NCBI GenBank assembly: GCA_012295275.1
Contig: CM022671.1
Location: forward strand, 20,026,001 to 20,090,000
DNA: 64,000 bases
Source of the DNA: Chrysomallon squamiferum
Lineage: Eukaryota; Animalia; Mollusca
Direction: 5' to 3'
Shown: piece by piece, positions 62,820 through 64,000 of the stretch
Position numbering within the stretch: position 1 is the stretch's first letter
Layout of the letters: every line of letters begins with the position of its first letter
Notes under the pieces: model-generated
The model's input: the letters and a program-made list of their open reading frames with translations, nothing else
The model's database searches: none
What the model was told of the DNA's origin: nothing
Program-made: the position numbers and the translations under genes

Positions 62820-63480
62820 TAAAATTAATAATAATAATAATAACCATAAGAAGAAGAAGAAGAAGAAGAAGAGAGCTTTATGTAACTTGATTAACAAATA
62901 TAGTATAAAAGTAAAGAACAGACAGTTCTCGCTGTGGTATAACTTCCAGTGTACCAATGATGAGAGTGAGTTCGAAGACGTCTGTGGAGTTTATTTATAA
63001 CCGCGCTGCTGTACTCCCGCCCGTTCACTGTGCTCTTGACGTGACTGCTTGTAAATATTGATTGTTAAAAGTATCATCACAAATGACCGTATTCTGATTA
63101 ATAACAGACAATCAGATAGGTATATCAGATTTTCTGATATAATGACGGTGAGAGTGAAGAGCGATGGACTCTTTGTGGTCTATTATTTTGTTATATTGAG
63201 TTCTCTTCGTTAATTGTGATTGAAAGCTGTGAAAAATCCATTCTCGCTGCGATTTCGTTTAGAGATAAGACTGTAATTATATTTAAGAGTACGTGCGGGT
63301 GTTTGTGTGTGTTTGTGTTTGTGTGTGTGTATGTGTATGGGCGGACTGTGTGTGTGTGTGTGTGTATGGGCGGACTGGTGTGTGTGTGTGTGAAAAAATA
63401 ATTGTATGTATTTTTAGAAAAGTCTTTAATTTCTCTCCTTTTTCTTCTTTTTCTTCTATTTTTGTTCTTCTTTTTCTCAC

Positions 63481-63529
<49 letters not shown>

Positions 63530-63624
63530 TTCATCATCATCATTATCGTCGCCATCGTTATCATCATTATCTTTTTTTTTTGTCATTAGATATGATTTTT
63601 AATATCTGTTTTGATATCAGTTGG

Positions 63625-63830
63625 AACATACATGTAAAAGAATCCATACTGTCAATAGTCAAGATCAACACATGAAGTAGAAACAGCGGTTTCCTTCTCT
63701 CTTCATTACATAAAAATTACTATATAAAATATATAACTTAGTATATAATTAATTTTTGCTCCATTAATTTCCTAAAATTATTTTTAAAAATAGGTATTAA
63801 GTATCATCAGTGAATAAGAACAGTCATTTT
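63625..63830 (+). mobile_element. Degraded SINE, Meta-like core and 3' part
   Basis: CATGTAAAAGAATCC...CATGAAGTAGAAACAGCGGTTTCCTTCTCTC versus recalled consensus CATATAAAAGA.CCC...CATGAAGTGGCGACAGCGGGTTTCCTCTCTC. Confidence 0.6.
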
Positions 63831-64000
63831 TATAGATTTTTCTAAAAGTACTTTAATACAACAGAACAGCAGCATGAAGTAAAAATACTTATTTCCATTG
63901 TGGTTATGCTAATAATGTGGCAATATTCATCAAAACAAATACAGTATTAATTATATATATCAATCGACTAAAACTAAGACGTGAAAATTTCGCAACATAG

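Overview
This is eukaryotic (animal) genomic DNA, very AT-rich and dense in microsatellites. It is probably from a gastropod mollusc; I infer this from degraded tRNA-derived Meta-domain-like SINEs recognised from memory, not from a search. Positions 689-19865 (+) hold the last 13 coding exons of a cytosolic glutaminyl-tRNA synthetase gene (QARS1). The exons splice in frame through GT-AG introns into 481 aa plus a stop; the 5' part, including the HIGH motif, lies upstream of the window. Eleven introns are 105-1543 bp, but the last is 12,331 bp. It contains complex non-coding blocks, a ~230-bp two-copy element and a 36-bp degenerate array. From ~21 kb to ~61.5 kb I find no credible coding sequence: GC/CpG-richer blocks alternate with poly-A/T tracts, microsatellites, old SINEs and small tandem arrays. 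CpG looks strongly depleted over the QARS body and common downstream of ~21 kb, as expected from invertebrate gene-body methylation. At ~61.6-62.1 kb a CpG-rich promoter-like region is followed by a probable first coding exon (signal-peptide-like, phase-1 donor) of an unidentified + strand gene. The best candidate system is a regulatory-block arrangement in which the QARS last intron and the gene desert carry cis-elements for that gene; this is inference only. Nearly all entries in the supplied ORF track are artefacts of simple repeats. I see no CRISPR, rRNA or intact tRNA.
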